Source: the human T2T-CHM13v2.0 reference genome, Homo sapiens. From it: a stretch of 64,000 nucleotides of DNA. The notes below the pieces were generated by a model. The model was not told where the DNA came from, did not search any database, and saw only the letters and a program-made list of their open reading frames with translations. Positions 53,070-64,000 of this stretch are shown one piece after another (the first letter of the stretch is position 1; each line of letters opens with the position of its first letter). Where the stretch lies: the NCBI RefSeq assembly GCF_009914755.1, contig NC_060927.1. One strand, written 5' to 3'. A program made the position numbers and the translations under genes.

Positions 53070-53250
53070 GAGCTAATATGTGCTGAGTGCTAATTGTATG
53101 CATGGCAACAAATTAATTTACATGTACAGTCTCACTAATGCTGGGAGACGTGTGCTAGGGTCTTCATCTTCCTCACCAGAAAAGTGAAGCTCAGAGATAT
53201 TGCCACTTGCCAAGGTCACACAGCTAGCAAGTGGCAGAGCTGGGCTTGCC
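53070..53250 (-). mobile_element. MIR
   Basis: gctcagaga..acttgccaaggtcacacagctagcaagtggcagagctggg. Confidence 0.8.
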
Positions 53251-53995
53251 CGTGACCTGGAACCACTGTGTCCTCTGTGTGATTTGACACCACTGTAATC
53301 CGGGTGGATACATTATGCTTTTAAGACCATTTAAGACCAAGTTGAAAATCTCTCTTGGACTTATTGGTAGGTATTTTTTCATGTTGTACCTGAGGCTTGG
53401 AGGGATACATTTCTCTCCCTTGCACAAACCCACTGCTAACCTTCCTGGATGAATGGATGTTGGTGTAAGATTCCAGGTAGCAGTCTTCCAAGCCAGCAGA
53501 GAGGAGAAATGTGCATTTGTCTGAGTTACCTCGGGAATGTCACGGACTGGGCTCTGTGCACATTCCACCATATGGGGAGTGGGCCATGGAGCGTGGTCAC
53601 TAGGGAGTGAGGAGGGTGCTTATGGCAGGAGGGGAAAGTGATGAATCTCTTCTCTGTGTCACTTCATCATGGGAGCCACGAGATAGGGCCGCTTGTCAGC
53701 AAGCATTTCCACAAGATTACTTTGGATTAGCTATCTCGGTGCATCTATTCTCATGACACTTATCCATTATCCAGAAAAGTGATCTACAGCCCAGCTGGCT
53801 GAGTGACTGCCTCAGTGTGAATCCACATCCCCTGCCACTCGAGTCCAGTGATTCATGTCCCCTTTGGAAGTTTGAACAGCTCAGTGTTGTCGATTTGATT
53901 TTGTGATACATTTCTTACTTTTCTAAAATGGGTGAGTAGTGAGTGTGTTCTGGTGCTCTGTTTGTTGTTTGATCTTGTTCATGGAACTGCCTTTC

Positions 53996-54285
<290 letters not shown>

Positions 54286-54678
54286 AGAACTGCCTTTCAA
54301 GATGTGGGTTTGCTTCAGGTACCTGCCTGATAGAGCTGGTTTCCAATAGCCCTGGGCTGGAAGGCACTTATGGTATGGAATTGTCAATCTCTGAATGGCC
54401 TCTGCCTTGGCCCTGGAGAGCCTGCAGTTCTGACTAGAGACTAGGGAGGCCTAGTCCCTGTGTGGCCTTACCAGTGCCAGCCCCTTGTCACTCTCAGGTG
54501 TCTCTCTTCTTGATGGAGTATAGCCGTGCTTCTTTTGTTTTGGACAGGCACATCCAGTTCTGGTCTATATGGGTCTGCTTTCCTTGTTTTAGAGCATCAC
54601 TGTGTAGGTGGTCATTAAAAAACCTTTTTTTTTTTCAATTATCACAATGTATTTGGTGTTGAGAATGTGGTGAGGAGG

Positions 54679-55037
54679 TATATTAGTCAGTTTTCATGCT
54701 GCTGATAAATACATACATGAGACTGGGCAGTTTATAAAGAAAAAGAGGTTTAATGGACTCATAGTTCCATGTGGCTGGGGAGGCCTCACAAACATGGTGG
54801 AAGGCAAAAGGCACATCTTACATGGTGGCAGACAAGAAAGAATGAGAACCAAATGAAAGGGGTTTCTCCTTATAAAACCACCAGATCAGAGACTTATTCA
54901 CTACCATGAAAACAGTATGGGGGAAACCACCCCCATGATTCATTTGTCTCCCACGGGGTCCCTCCCACAACATGGGGGAATTATGGGAGCTACAATTTAA
55001 AAAGAGATTTGGGTGGGGACACAGCCAAACCATATCA
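54679..55037 (-). mobile_element. THE1B/C MaLR solo LTR
   Basis: tattagtc.gttttcatgctgctgataaa ... gggtggggacacagccaaaccatatca; flanks ggagg/gaagg. Confidence 0.93.
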
Positions 55038-55849
55038 GAAGGGAAGTCTCAGAATGTGGTCAGTTCACTGGAACCAAGGACTCACATAATTTTTGGAAGA
55101 TTTCAAGATAGGCATCGAAATAATTGGAGACCCTGGAGGATGTAACAAAACAAGATTGGGAGGTCATTTGTGTCCTTAGAAGAGTTTTTCAATGAAGTCA
55201 GTTGTCCAGCCAGCCTCACCCTCCTGGCCCTTTGTGTCTGACGATCTTGCTGCAGACTCACACTCTAACTGGGGCTGGGTCTCATAGATGTGAGAGAACT
55301 TTCAACAGAACTTTCAGCTAATGAAAATAGAGGTCAAAAGTAATTATCCCTGTACCGATTCTGTACGGAGTGAGGCTGAAAGGAGTTCACGCATTAAATT
55401 ACATTTTCAGTGTTCTGTTCCAAACGTATGCTCCTTTACAACTTTATTTAAAGAAAAGCGTAATGTGAAAGGCTTTTAACTCTGATGGAAGAAAGACGGG
55501 AGCCGTAGTCAGTAATGGTAGAATCTCTCATCTCATTGTCTGCTCCAAGAACAAAGATTTTTCAAACCTGGACTCAAGCAGTTCCCTTGGATTATATTAA
55601 TGGAACATAACCTTAATAGCCTCCTCCAGAGGATGTTCTAAAGTATACGTTGGCTGTCTAGAAACGTCTTTGATCTTAAACTTTTTATTATTTTGCTGTA
55701 TAAATTTTCTGTGCTCTTTTTGCCACCACCATGTCATCAGATATCTAAGCAGTTTGTTTAGAAATCGGAATCCCTTTAGAGATGAATGTTGCATGTGTAT
55801 CTCTTTTAGTTTATGGGGATGTTTGAGAATGGATTTGGGGTAGATTTTA

Positions 55850-56050
55850 CACATATTTATAGGGCATCTACTATATACTGTTCCAGGCCTTTAGGATCTC
55901 TCAGAGAACAGAAAAGAAGATCCATACCTTGATGGGGCTTATATTCAGTGAGGGGAAGGCAACAAGCATGATAAATAAGAAAACACAACGTTTGTTAGAA
56001 GGTTATAAGTGATATGGAAAAAAAGTAGAGCAGTAAGGAGGATGTGGGGT
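55850..56050 (-). mobile_element. L2 fragment
   Basis: catatttat..gcatctactat..actgttccaggc; gcttatattc.gtgagggga. Confidence 0.6.
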
Positions 56051-56303
56051 GGTGGGGAGAGGAGTGTATGAGCCCAGAGGTGGCACCTGTGGCCCGGCCT
56101 CTGAGCTGTGACTTTCTATCATGTCAAACTAGGATGATGAGAAATTACATCTAAGGTTTGGGAACAATGAGGTGACCTTCTTTTAAGAAAAACTGTCCAG
56201 TAAGTTTAATCAAACAGTTCTTAGGTAATAAGATTGCCTAGTGTACTTCCTTGTAGGGAATTAGCAAATCTATTTTAAAAATCTATACACTGTGCAAAGT
56301 TTT

Positions 56304-56305
56304 TG

Positions 56306-56340
<35 letters not shown>
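56304..56340. repeat. Interrupted (TG)n microsatellite
   Basis: Read directly. Confidence 0.95.
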
Positions 56341-56341
<1 letters not shown>

Positions 56342-56389
56342 TAAGATAGCTCATACTGGTGTAAGAAAAAATATGTTTAAAAATCTGGG

Positions 56390-56500
56390 AGTATATGTGA
56401 ACTTGGTAAGGTCACCGGACTTCTGCAGACTTAGTTTCCTCATCTGTTAGACAAGGATTGGGTGCTGGAAGAGTAGATGAGGTAATGGACTTGGAAAGAC
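56390..56500 (+). mobile_element. MIR fragment
   Basis: tgtgaacttgg..gtcac..cttagtttcctcatctgt. Confidence 0.6.
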
Positions 56501-56849
56501 AGTGAAATGCGGGTCATCATGTCCTGGAGGGAAGTGTCCTGGGATTGGCAATAATTTACACAAGCGCCTGGGAGAGTTTATTAAGTGTGTGGAGATTTGG
56601 TCTCCTCAGCCTTCTGTTGTTCATTGTTCCCCTGAAGAGTCTGCCATCCAGGTTTACCCTTGTGCCTCCCTGACCTGTGCTGAGACTAAGAGTCAGGCAG
56701 AGAGAGGTGGTGAGTTCTGGTAGTCCTTGGTAATGTGTAAAACACTGCCAGGCTGCATCCTGAGAAGGGGGACTGGGTACCCATGTTTTAATGGAGGGAT
56801 ATGTTAACTGGACTGGATATATAATGACAGGGTGTACATGAATATTGTT

Positions 56850-57430
56850 TAACTTTTAAAAGAGGTAGTATATATATGTCTTAAGCGTCAAACAGGTATG
56901 AAAAGGAACACAGAAAGCTCATCTGTCACCTCTTTTCCCTTTGTCCAATAATCACTCTCCATCCAGATAGGTAATAATTGATATTAGTTTATCCTTGTGG
57001 ATATATGTGTATACAAAGACAAGCTACTACTAATATATATTCTTATTTCCCCTCTTTTTTTTTAACATGTGATAGCACACTATACATGTTGCTACAAGCT
57101 TTGCTTTTTTTCCATTTAAGAATACATTTTGGAAGTCTTCCAATATCAAAGCAAACACTTCCTTGGTTCTTTTTATAGCTGCACAGTAGGACATTGTGTG
57201 AATGGTTGTTATAATTTTAACCAGGTCCCTTTGAGAGACTTGTCTTGTGCTCTTATCCACAGTGCCGCCATGAATACCCTGCACATACATCATTTCACCT
57301 GTGGGCACTTTTATTTTAGGATAGATTACTGGAAGTGAAAATGTAGGGATAAAGGCTGTGTGTGCTGGTAATTTTGATAGATCCTGCTAAACTGACTCTT
57401 AGATGGGTTGCAGCAGTTAATACCCCTACC
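56850..57430 (-). mobile_element. L1ME-like 3' region
   Basis: ttgctttttttccatttaa; ttcttttta.agctgcacagta; atgaataccct; taggatagatt..gaagtg; aattttgataga. Confidence 0.75.
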
Positions 57431-57978
57431 TTGGAACCTTACCCCTGAATGACACCATTACCTGCTCCTTACTACGTGTATTCTTTAATACAAAACTTAA
57501 TTAGACTCATATTTTTTGTAAAGTGAATACTTTCTTCCTACTATTCTTAATTGCTGTCCTTAGTCGACAAGGACTCACTACTTTCATTTTATCGTTCTCT
57601 GTCGTTTGCTTCTTTACCAGTGTACATAAACATCTATGAATTAATGCTTTGTGAAAGGGAAACTGTTATTTAAAGATATGTAAGAGTTATTTTATAAAAA
57701 TATATTATAAAATGTAACTTATTTTACTTCCCCTAGTTTTTTACATTTTAGGTTTTTAGGTATTAGATTTGTTTTAAAAATGGAGAGCAAGGTGCACAAT
57801 GAAGCAAAGGCAAAATTGAAATAATATGAGTTTATTTAGCTAGTAAGACTGCAGAGAAGGGACAGAAATCTCAACTTCACCCACCTCTCTCTTGCCAAGA
57901 AACCCTGAGATACCTTGAGGAACAGAAGGCTCAGGAAATGGAAAAAAAAATCCTGACCAATAGTTACTAGTTTAGAGT

Positions 57979-58649
57979 TGTGAACCCAAAAGTATCTGAG
58001 ACAGGTCTGAATCAACATAGAAAATATATTTTGCCAAGGTTAAGGATGGACCCGTGACACAGCCTCCGGAGGTCCTGATGACATATGCCCAAGGTGGTCG
58101 GGGTACAGCTTGCTTTTACGCCTTTTAGGGAGACATAATACATCAATCAGTATCTGTAAGGTGTACATTGGTTCCATCTGGAAGGGCAAGACAACTCGAA
58201 GTGGTGGGACAACTTGAAGTGGTGGCAGGAGGGAGCTTCCAGGTTATAGGTAGATTTAAACAATTTCTGATTGGCAGTCGGTTGTAAGAGTTAAGTTATT
58301 ATCTAAAGGCCTGGAATCAATAGAAAGGATTGTCTGGGTTATAATGATAAGGGGTTGTGGAGAACAAAGTTTTACCATGTAGATGAAGCCTCTAAGTAGC
58401 AGGCGTCAGAGAGAATAGATTGTAAATGTTTCTTTTCAGACTTAAAGTCTCTGTTGATGTTAATGCTGGTTGGCTTTTCCTGAATTCCAAAAGGGAGGAG
58501 GGTATAATGAGGTGTGTCCGACCCCCACTTCCTATCATGGCCTGAATTAGTTTTTCAGGTTAACTTTGGAATGCCCTTGGCTGAGAGGGGAGGGATCCAT
58601 TTAGATGGTTGGGGGTGGGAATGCCTTAGAATTTTATTTTTGGTTTACA
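57979..58649 (-). mobile_element. MER4 (A/B-like) ERV1 solo LTR with perfect 4-bp TSD
   Basis: tgtgaacccaaaagtatctgagacaggtct ... ttagaattttatttttggtttaca; gagt at 57975-57978 and 58650-58653. Confidence 0.92.
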
Positions 58650-58699
58650 GAGTCAGGAATGTCTGTCTTGTACTCAGAGCTGATGGAGGACAGGGAGGG

Positions 58700-58830
58700 T
58701 TCAATCTCTGCCTTCAGGCTTCAGTTTCCTCAAGTGTGAACTGGGGATACTGACAAGACCTGCCCCACAGGACATTCTAGAGGATTAATGAGATGATGCT
58801 GGAATGTGGCGAGCACATTCCAGGCCTCCT
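58700..58830 (+). mobile_element. MIR fragment
   Basis: cttcagtttcctca..tgtgaactggggata..gaggattaatgagatgatg. Confidence 0.65.
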
Positions 58831-61070
58831 AATTGCCCTTCTCTATATGTGAGCTCATGTATTTCCATGGTTCCTCACAAGTAGCCTTTAATCTGTGCAC
58901 ATCAGGTGGGCTTCTGAGCTGATGAGCCAAGGTCAGAATCTCCACCATCAATTGTTTATTGTGACCAATAAACCAGATGACCCCCCTTCAGTGGCTGGAA
59001 AGGGTGACTGGAGCTAATGAATGCATCCACAAATGGCTCTTGATCACTGAAACTGGGTCAAATTTCCTTCCTTTTGGAAAATGCCCAGGTAATTTGCTTC
59101 CTGAAAACCTATTTTATTTCTTTTAACCTTTTTGGAAGGCTGTTAATGGGATAGTTTAAATAGAAATAAGAAAACCTCTTTTCTCCAGGCCTTCTCTGGT
59201 TGTTTTAATTAGTACATTTCTATGATGTTACTGTGGCTATTCACCAGTATGGCTTTGAGCCATTAAAGGCCACCCCTCCTGCCTTAACCCCCGGGGAACA
59301 TCGATAATACAGGAACAATTGCTCTCTCAGTATTCTTCCTTAGTTGCGGCTCATCGTCCTTTACTGGATTTCTCCATCAGTATCTGTCTGGGGAGGATAA
59401 CAGTCCTTTCTTTCTTCCTGTGGTCCTCACCCGAGGAGCATGCATTTCCTTGCATTGCTCAAGGGATGGTGGCTGAATTAAGGAATTCCTTGTGGCCTGC
59501 CACTTTCAGGTTGCTGAATGCAGGGATGAGATGTGGACCCACTGGTCTCATTTGACATCACAGGGGACAGAGTAAAATAGCATATTGTGCAGTTGTCAGG
59601 TTTTCTTCTAATACTAGGAAAAGATAAATATGGGGATTCATAATGCAGAACAACAGGAAGATGGAAATAAAAATGAATCAAATGAGGGAGATTATTTATG
59701 TTCACTTAGATTGTTGTGGAGAAAGCTAATGGCATTGATACCTCTGGCCTGGAGTCCCTCTTGAACACCTTGCTGATAGAGCCCATTCAGTAGGAAAATA
59801 CCGGGAGGAGAGAGGCCCAGGAATCAGTTGAGTGGTTGGTCCACCACTGGGTCAACCCTACTGTAGTGGGGATGCCCTGAACCTTGGCATTTTAAGTGGA
59901 AATATGGGGATGCAGGTATTTGCTGAGATATCTTAGTTGCTGGAGGTCAGGTCTTGTTGGCATGGGGCCTTCAGAGCATCTCGTGGTGACTCATAAATAC
60001 CAGAGATGCCTCTGACAGGAACAAAGCTGGCAGATTCTCATATTCCAGAAGACTCTGACTGAATTAATCAGTTTGAAGTCACACACACAAAAAAGAAAAG
60101 AGTAAGCTCAGAATAAAGAGCTTAGACCTTGAATGGGATGTGGCCACTGACCATGCCTCAATATCCAGTATTTACATTTTGTCAGTTACAAGTACTTCCA
60201 CATGCCATATTCTTGATATTTTCAAGACCTTTCTTTTGCTTGGTAAATACAAAGAGGAGCTCTAAAATTGACCTTTGCATCACAACCTTCGAGGGAGACA
60301 AGCAGAGGCCCCTTCTCCCTGGTCCCTAAGGGACAAGATCTGGAGCCAAAGGGCAGGACCTGGTTAGTACACAGTGGGCTGCCCCTGAAGGTAGGTTGAA
60401 GAATTGAGTAGATTTTATCTCCTGTGGTCCTCATCACTGGTGAACCAGTGCTTTTTGCTGTAGATTGCATGAGGAACTGACAGAGAGGTGTGGTTGGTGC
60501 TCCTATTGTTTTAAACAGCTCAGTTAGGTGCTGAAGCATCCTGCCAGGGTGTGGAGAGGATGCCCCAGCACAGTCAGGAAGAGGCAGCTCTGATATATCC
60601 CTGTCCTGTGCCAGTGTCTAGAGGTGACAACGCCAGACCAAAATGACAACACTGGTGTTTTCATGTCTTATCACACCAAAATACTGGTAGTAAGGACAGA
60701 GTGAGACGTGCTCACCATGGTTCTTCCCATTTGGAGCTCAGGGGTTGAGTGCAGCAAGGGCTGAGATACAGCACCCAGGCCCTTTGCCCTTTGGCTGGAG
60801 TCTTTCCAGTAAGCCTGATAGGGGAAAACAGTCTTGAATAAAGCACAATACCCCAGAGTAGGGGTCCTCAGATGTGACATCTTCCAGGCGTCAGTCAGCT
60901 GAGATGTGGCTGTGACATCATCCTGTCCCCTCCCAGGCCCTATTGTCCACACTCTCCAAGTTGATGTCAGCTCCTCAGGAGAGTAGCCATGGGAGCCTAG
61001 GGCCTTTTGGGTTGTGGAGAGAGAGAAAAGTTCTGTCCCCATTTTAACTTCATTCAAATATCCTACCCCC

Positions 61071-61365
61071 CAGCTTTATTAAGGTATAATTTACAAAATT
61101 GTATATATTTATGGTACACAATGTGATGTTTTGATTAATCTGTGTCTACATTATGAAATGATTAAAGCAAACTCATTAACATCTCCATCACCTCACATAC
61201 TTCTCATTTTTTTGTGGTGAAAACATTTAAGATCTACTGTTACAGCGTTTTTAAAGCATACAATACAGTATTATTAACTATAGCAGCTATTCTGTGCAAT
61301 AGATCTCCAGAATGTGTTCGTCGTAACTGAAACTTTGTATCTTTTGACTGCGTATCAGTCCCCCC
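61071..61365 (-). mobile_element. L1MA8/9-like 3' end
   Basis: cagctttattaaggtataatt..tccatcacctcacata..aacatttaagatctact..caatagatctccagaa. Confidence 0.88.
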
Positions 61366-62014
61366 ATTGCCTATTAAAATTATTACACACATGTGGGTTT
61401 GGCCTTTTGATTTTAGAAGCCAAGATCTAGCTTGTCTTTGTTCTCTGGGTTTGCCATGCATTGCCCAGGAAATGTTCTCTTTTCCAAGTGAACGGCGATG
61501 TTAGGGTGGGAGGTGGGGCCATGCATCCTTTACTTTTTAACCTGTTACTCAGCCGCAGTGCTTAGAACAGGCTTTCACATGGAATTTCCAAAGTCACCGG
61601 CTCACAAAATCACCCTAGTGCCCCTAGGTGTGAAATTTATTTCCTCTGGTCTCAGTTGCCGGAAGAGAAGTAAGGATAATGCAGGGAGGCATTCATGCCT
61701 GGAAACCTATCCCATTCAAGGGCTAAGCTCTTTATTCTGAGCTTACTGTTTTCTTTTCTTTTCTTTTTTTTTTTCTTGTGACTTCAAATATCCTTTCTCT
61801 TATGGAACGATCGTGATTGTGGAAGGTATGCATGTGTATGTGTATATGTGTGTCCTCTTTAATGTTCTTAGTTGGTTAAATAAAAACCCGTCAGTCCTGT
61901 GTTGGTCCCCCGAATTAGGTGGTCTTCACTGTTCTTGAGCGGCTGAGCCCTTTGAGAGCTTGTGCGCTGTGTTCCTATGTATCCTCTGACACTACCCTGC
62001 AATTTTAGTTGTAC

Positions 62015-62036
62015 GTGTGTGTGTGTGTGTGTGTGT
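62015..62036. repeat. (GT)11 microsatellite
   Basis: Read directly. Confidence 0.95.
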
Positions 62037-63263
62037 ATGGTGGGGAGGGACAAGGCAGAAGCACAGTTCGAGAAGCCTGACACCCACTCTTTGCAGAGGG
62101 TATTTTACAACTAAGGAAGCACAGGCTTTGAGCGATGGAATCTTTGTATTGTGAACTACCAAGCTTTTTGGTATCAATCTTCTTGCAATAATACACTTCA
62201 CGTTTCAGTGATGTTTAAAAGTGCGTGTTTTGATTATCTTTAAGTATTCCAGGTATATGTGTGCTTTCTATAATAATAAACAGAAGCCAATACTTGCATA
62301 CTGGTTGAAATCTGGTGCTTTTTAAAGTTTGCATGGACAGGTTGTTATCCAGTTGCCATCCAGCTTGTCCACCAGGTGTGTTAGGGATGGGCTGTGAGCA
62401 CCAAAGTGCGAGGCCTATAGTGGAACTGATAGAGTAATATCAACATTTTAAACTAATTAGATGAGGAAAAAGCATTTCACAGAAGGCGTGATGGCTTCTT
62501 GCCCTCCAGCTGGAAGGTGGCAGAGCATAATTGGAGTTAGAAAGCTTTTTACCATCAGTGATTTAACTGAGCACACTTGAAGGACACCCAGGAGTAATGC
62601 ATTAACTGTTTTGTTTTTGTCAAAAATAAGCCCAGGTGTAAGACGGGACTCCTCAGCCAGAACTTAAACCATCCTAGTAAGGAGAAATCAGGAAACCAGC
62701 CATCTAGCTCTTATTTTTTAGAGCACCTGCTTGTGTGTGCTTTGAGGATGCTGTGGGGCCAAGTTCAGCCAGGGCCCCTTATTTTGTGGAACTTCTGTTT
62801 GGTGGGGGGAGATAAAGAAGAACTAAGTAGAACTCAAAGAGTAATTCCAGGCGGTGACAAGTGCGTGGAGAAGGTAAACTGAGGCAGCGAGTGCTGTTAG
62901 ATGGTGTGGGGCGGTGAGAGGCAGCCTCCTGACTGAGGAAGGCCCACGGGACTGAGAGATAGGAGCAGCCCAGGTGAACAGTGAGCAAGGCACAGTGTGC
63001 AGTGAGCAAGGGAGAGGGCTGCAGATAGGGCCTGGGAGGGAGGAAGGAGTGTGTTTCTGGTGCGATGGTGAAGCAGCCAGAGGCGTGTTCAGCAGAGCAG
63101 TGACCTTATGGGGACAGGCATGGTCTCTGGGCCCAGGGGGGCTGGCTTGGGAGCCTCTGCCGCCTCCTCCTCCCTGCAGCCTCAGCCAGTGGCAGTGTCC
63201 CTTCCCCTGGGTTCTGTCTGAGCTGCCTCCCACCCTGCCCTGGGCTAGGGAGTTGATGGACAC

Positions 63264-63732
63264 CATAGTAGGCTGGACATGACCACCTGGAGATACCAAG
63301 TCCTAATCCCTGGAATTTGTAAAGGTTATCTTATTTAGAAAAAGTGTCTTTGGAGGTGTAATTAAATATTGTGAGATGAGGAGATGACCCTGGATTATTC
63401 AGATGGGCCCTAAATGCTCTCACAAGTATCCTTTTAAAAGAGAGGCAAAGGGAGATGCAGACACACAGAGACGAAAGGGATGTGAAGACAGAGGCAGAGA
63501 TCAGAGCGAAGTGACTCCAGCTGAGGAACAGCAAGGAATGCCAGCAGCCACCAGAAGCTGGAAGGGGTGAGGAATGGATGCTGCTTTGGAGGGAGCCTTT
63601 GGAAGGAACATGGCCCTGCTGACATGTTAATCTAAGATGCATGGCCCTCAGAACTGGGAGAGAATAAGTTTCTGTTGTTTTATGTCAACAGTTTGTGGTA
63701 GTTTGTTACAGCAGCCCCAGGAAATTAATATA
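63264..63732 (+). mobile_element. MLT1C-type MaLR solo LTR
   Basis: gtcctaatccctggaa..ctggattat..gggccctaaat..aaggaatgccagcagccaccagaagctggaag..tttgttacagcagcc..ggaaattaatata. Confidence 0.9.
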
Positions 63733-63737
63733 GGCCT

Positions 63738-63976
63738 GAGAGACAGAGAGAGACAGAGAGAGAGAGAGACAGGTGTTAGGGAGAGAGGTGTGTTAGAGAG
63801 AAAGAGATGTGTTAGAGAGGTAGAGAGAGAGGTGTGTTGAGGGGGGTGTTTTAGAGAGAGAGAGGCGTGTTAAAGAGGTGTTAGAGGTGTATTCGGGAGA
63901 GAGAGAGAGGTGTGTTAGAGAAAGGTGTGTTAGAGAGAGAGGTGCATTAGAGAGAGGTGCGTTAGAGAGAGAGGTT
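63738..63976. repeat. GA-rich minisatellite, unit about (AG)3-6GTGTGTT
   Basis: About a dozen variable-length units read directly. Confidence 0.9.
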
Positions 63977-64000
63977 TGACTCCCCAAACTCCTGGAAAGC

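Noticed and set aside
58190-58225. 18-bp tandem duplication gacaact(c/t)gaagtggtgg in MER4
   Set aside because: As I recall, similar duplications exist in MER4A-type consensus sequences, so it is probably inherited.
62779-63299. Overlapping ORFs of 76-158 aa
   Set aside because: GC-richer stop-poor stretch open on both strands; low-information peptides.

Overview
This is primate (human-like) non-coding genomic DNA. I found no supportable protein-coding gene, structural RNA gene, CRISPR array or prokaryotic system. The ORF track looks like noise: short ORFs over Alu, LTR, microsatellite or random sequence. The window is a mosaic of recognisable repeats. These include about 11 Alus (several with readable target-site duplications), many MIR and L2 remnants, old L1/HAL1 pieces, MaLR, ERVL and ERV1 solo LTRs (MLT1, MST, THE1, MLT2, LTR33, MER39, LTR1, MER4), and DNA-transposon fossils (MER113, MER5A, MER20/20B, MER58A, MER33, MER1B, MER53, MER81, MER94, MER103C, MADE2, Zaphod-like). 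Repeat-poor unique blocks lie between them. LTR orientation bias and loss of poly(A) signals in sense LTRs suggest a large intron of a + strand gene, which I could not identify. I see no new biological system. The notable items are small-scale: a perfect 27-bp duplication of a TEAD motif, a 13-bp higher-order quasi-palindromic array, close inverted Alu pairs, cryptic exon and polyadenylation candidates, palindromic MITEs and nested insertions. Family and subfamily names come from recalled consensus sequences, not a database search. Boundaries of old repeats are approximate (tens of bp).
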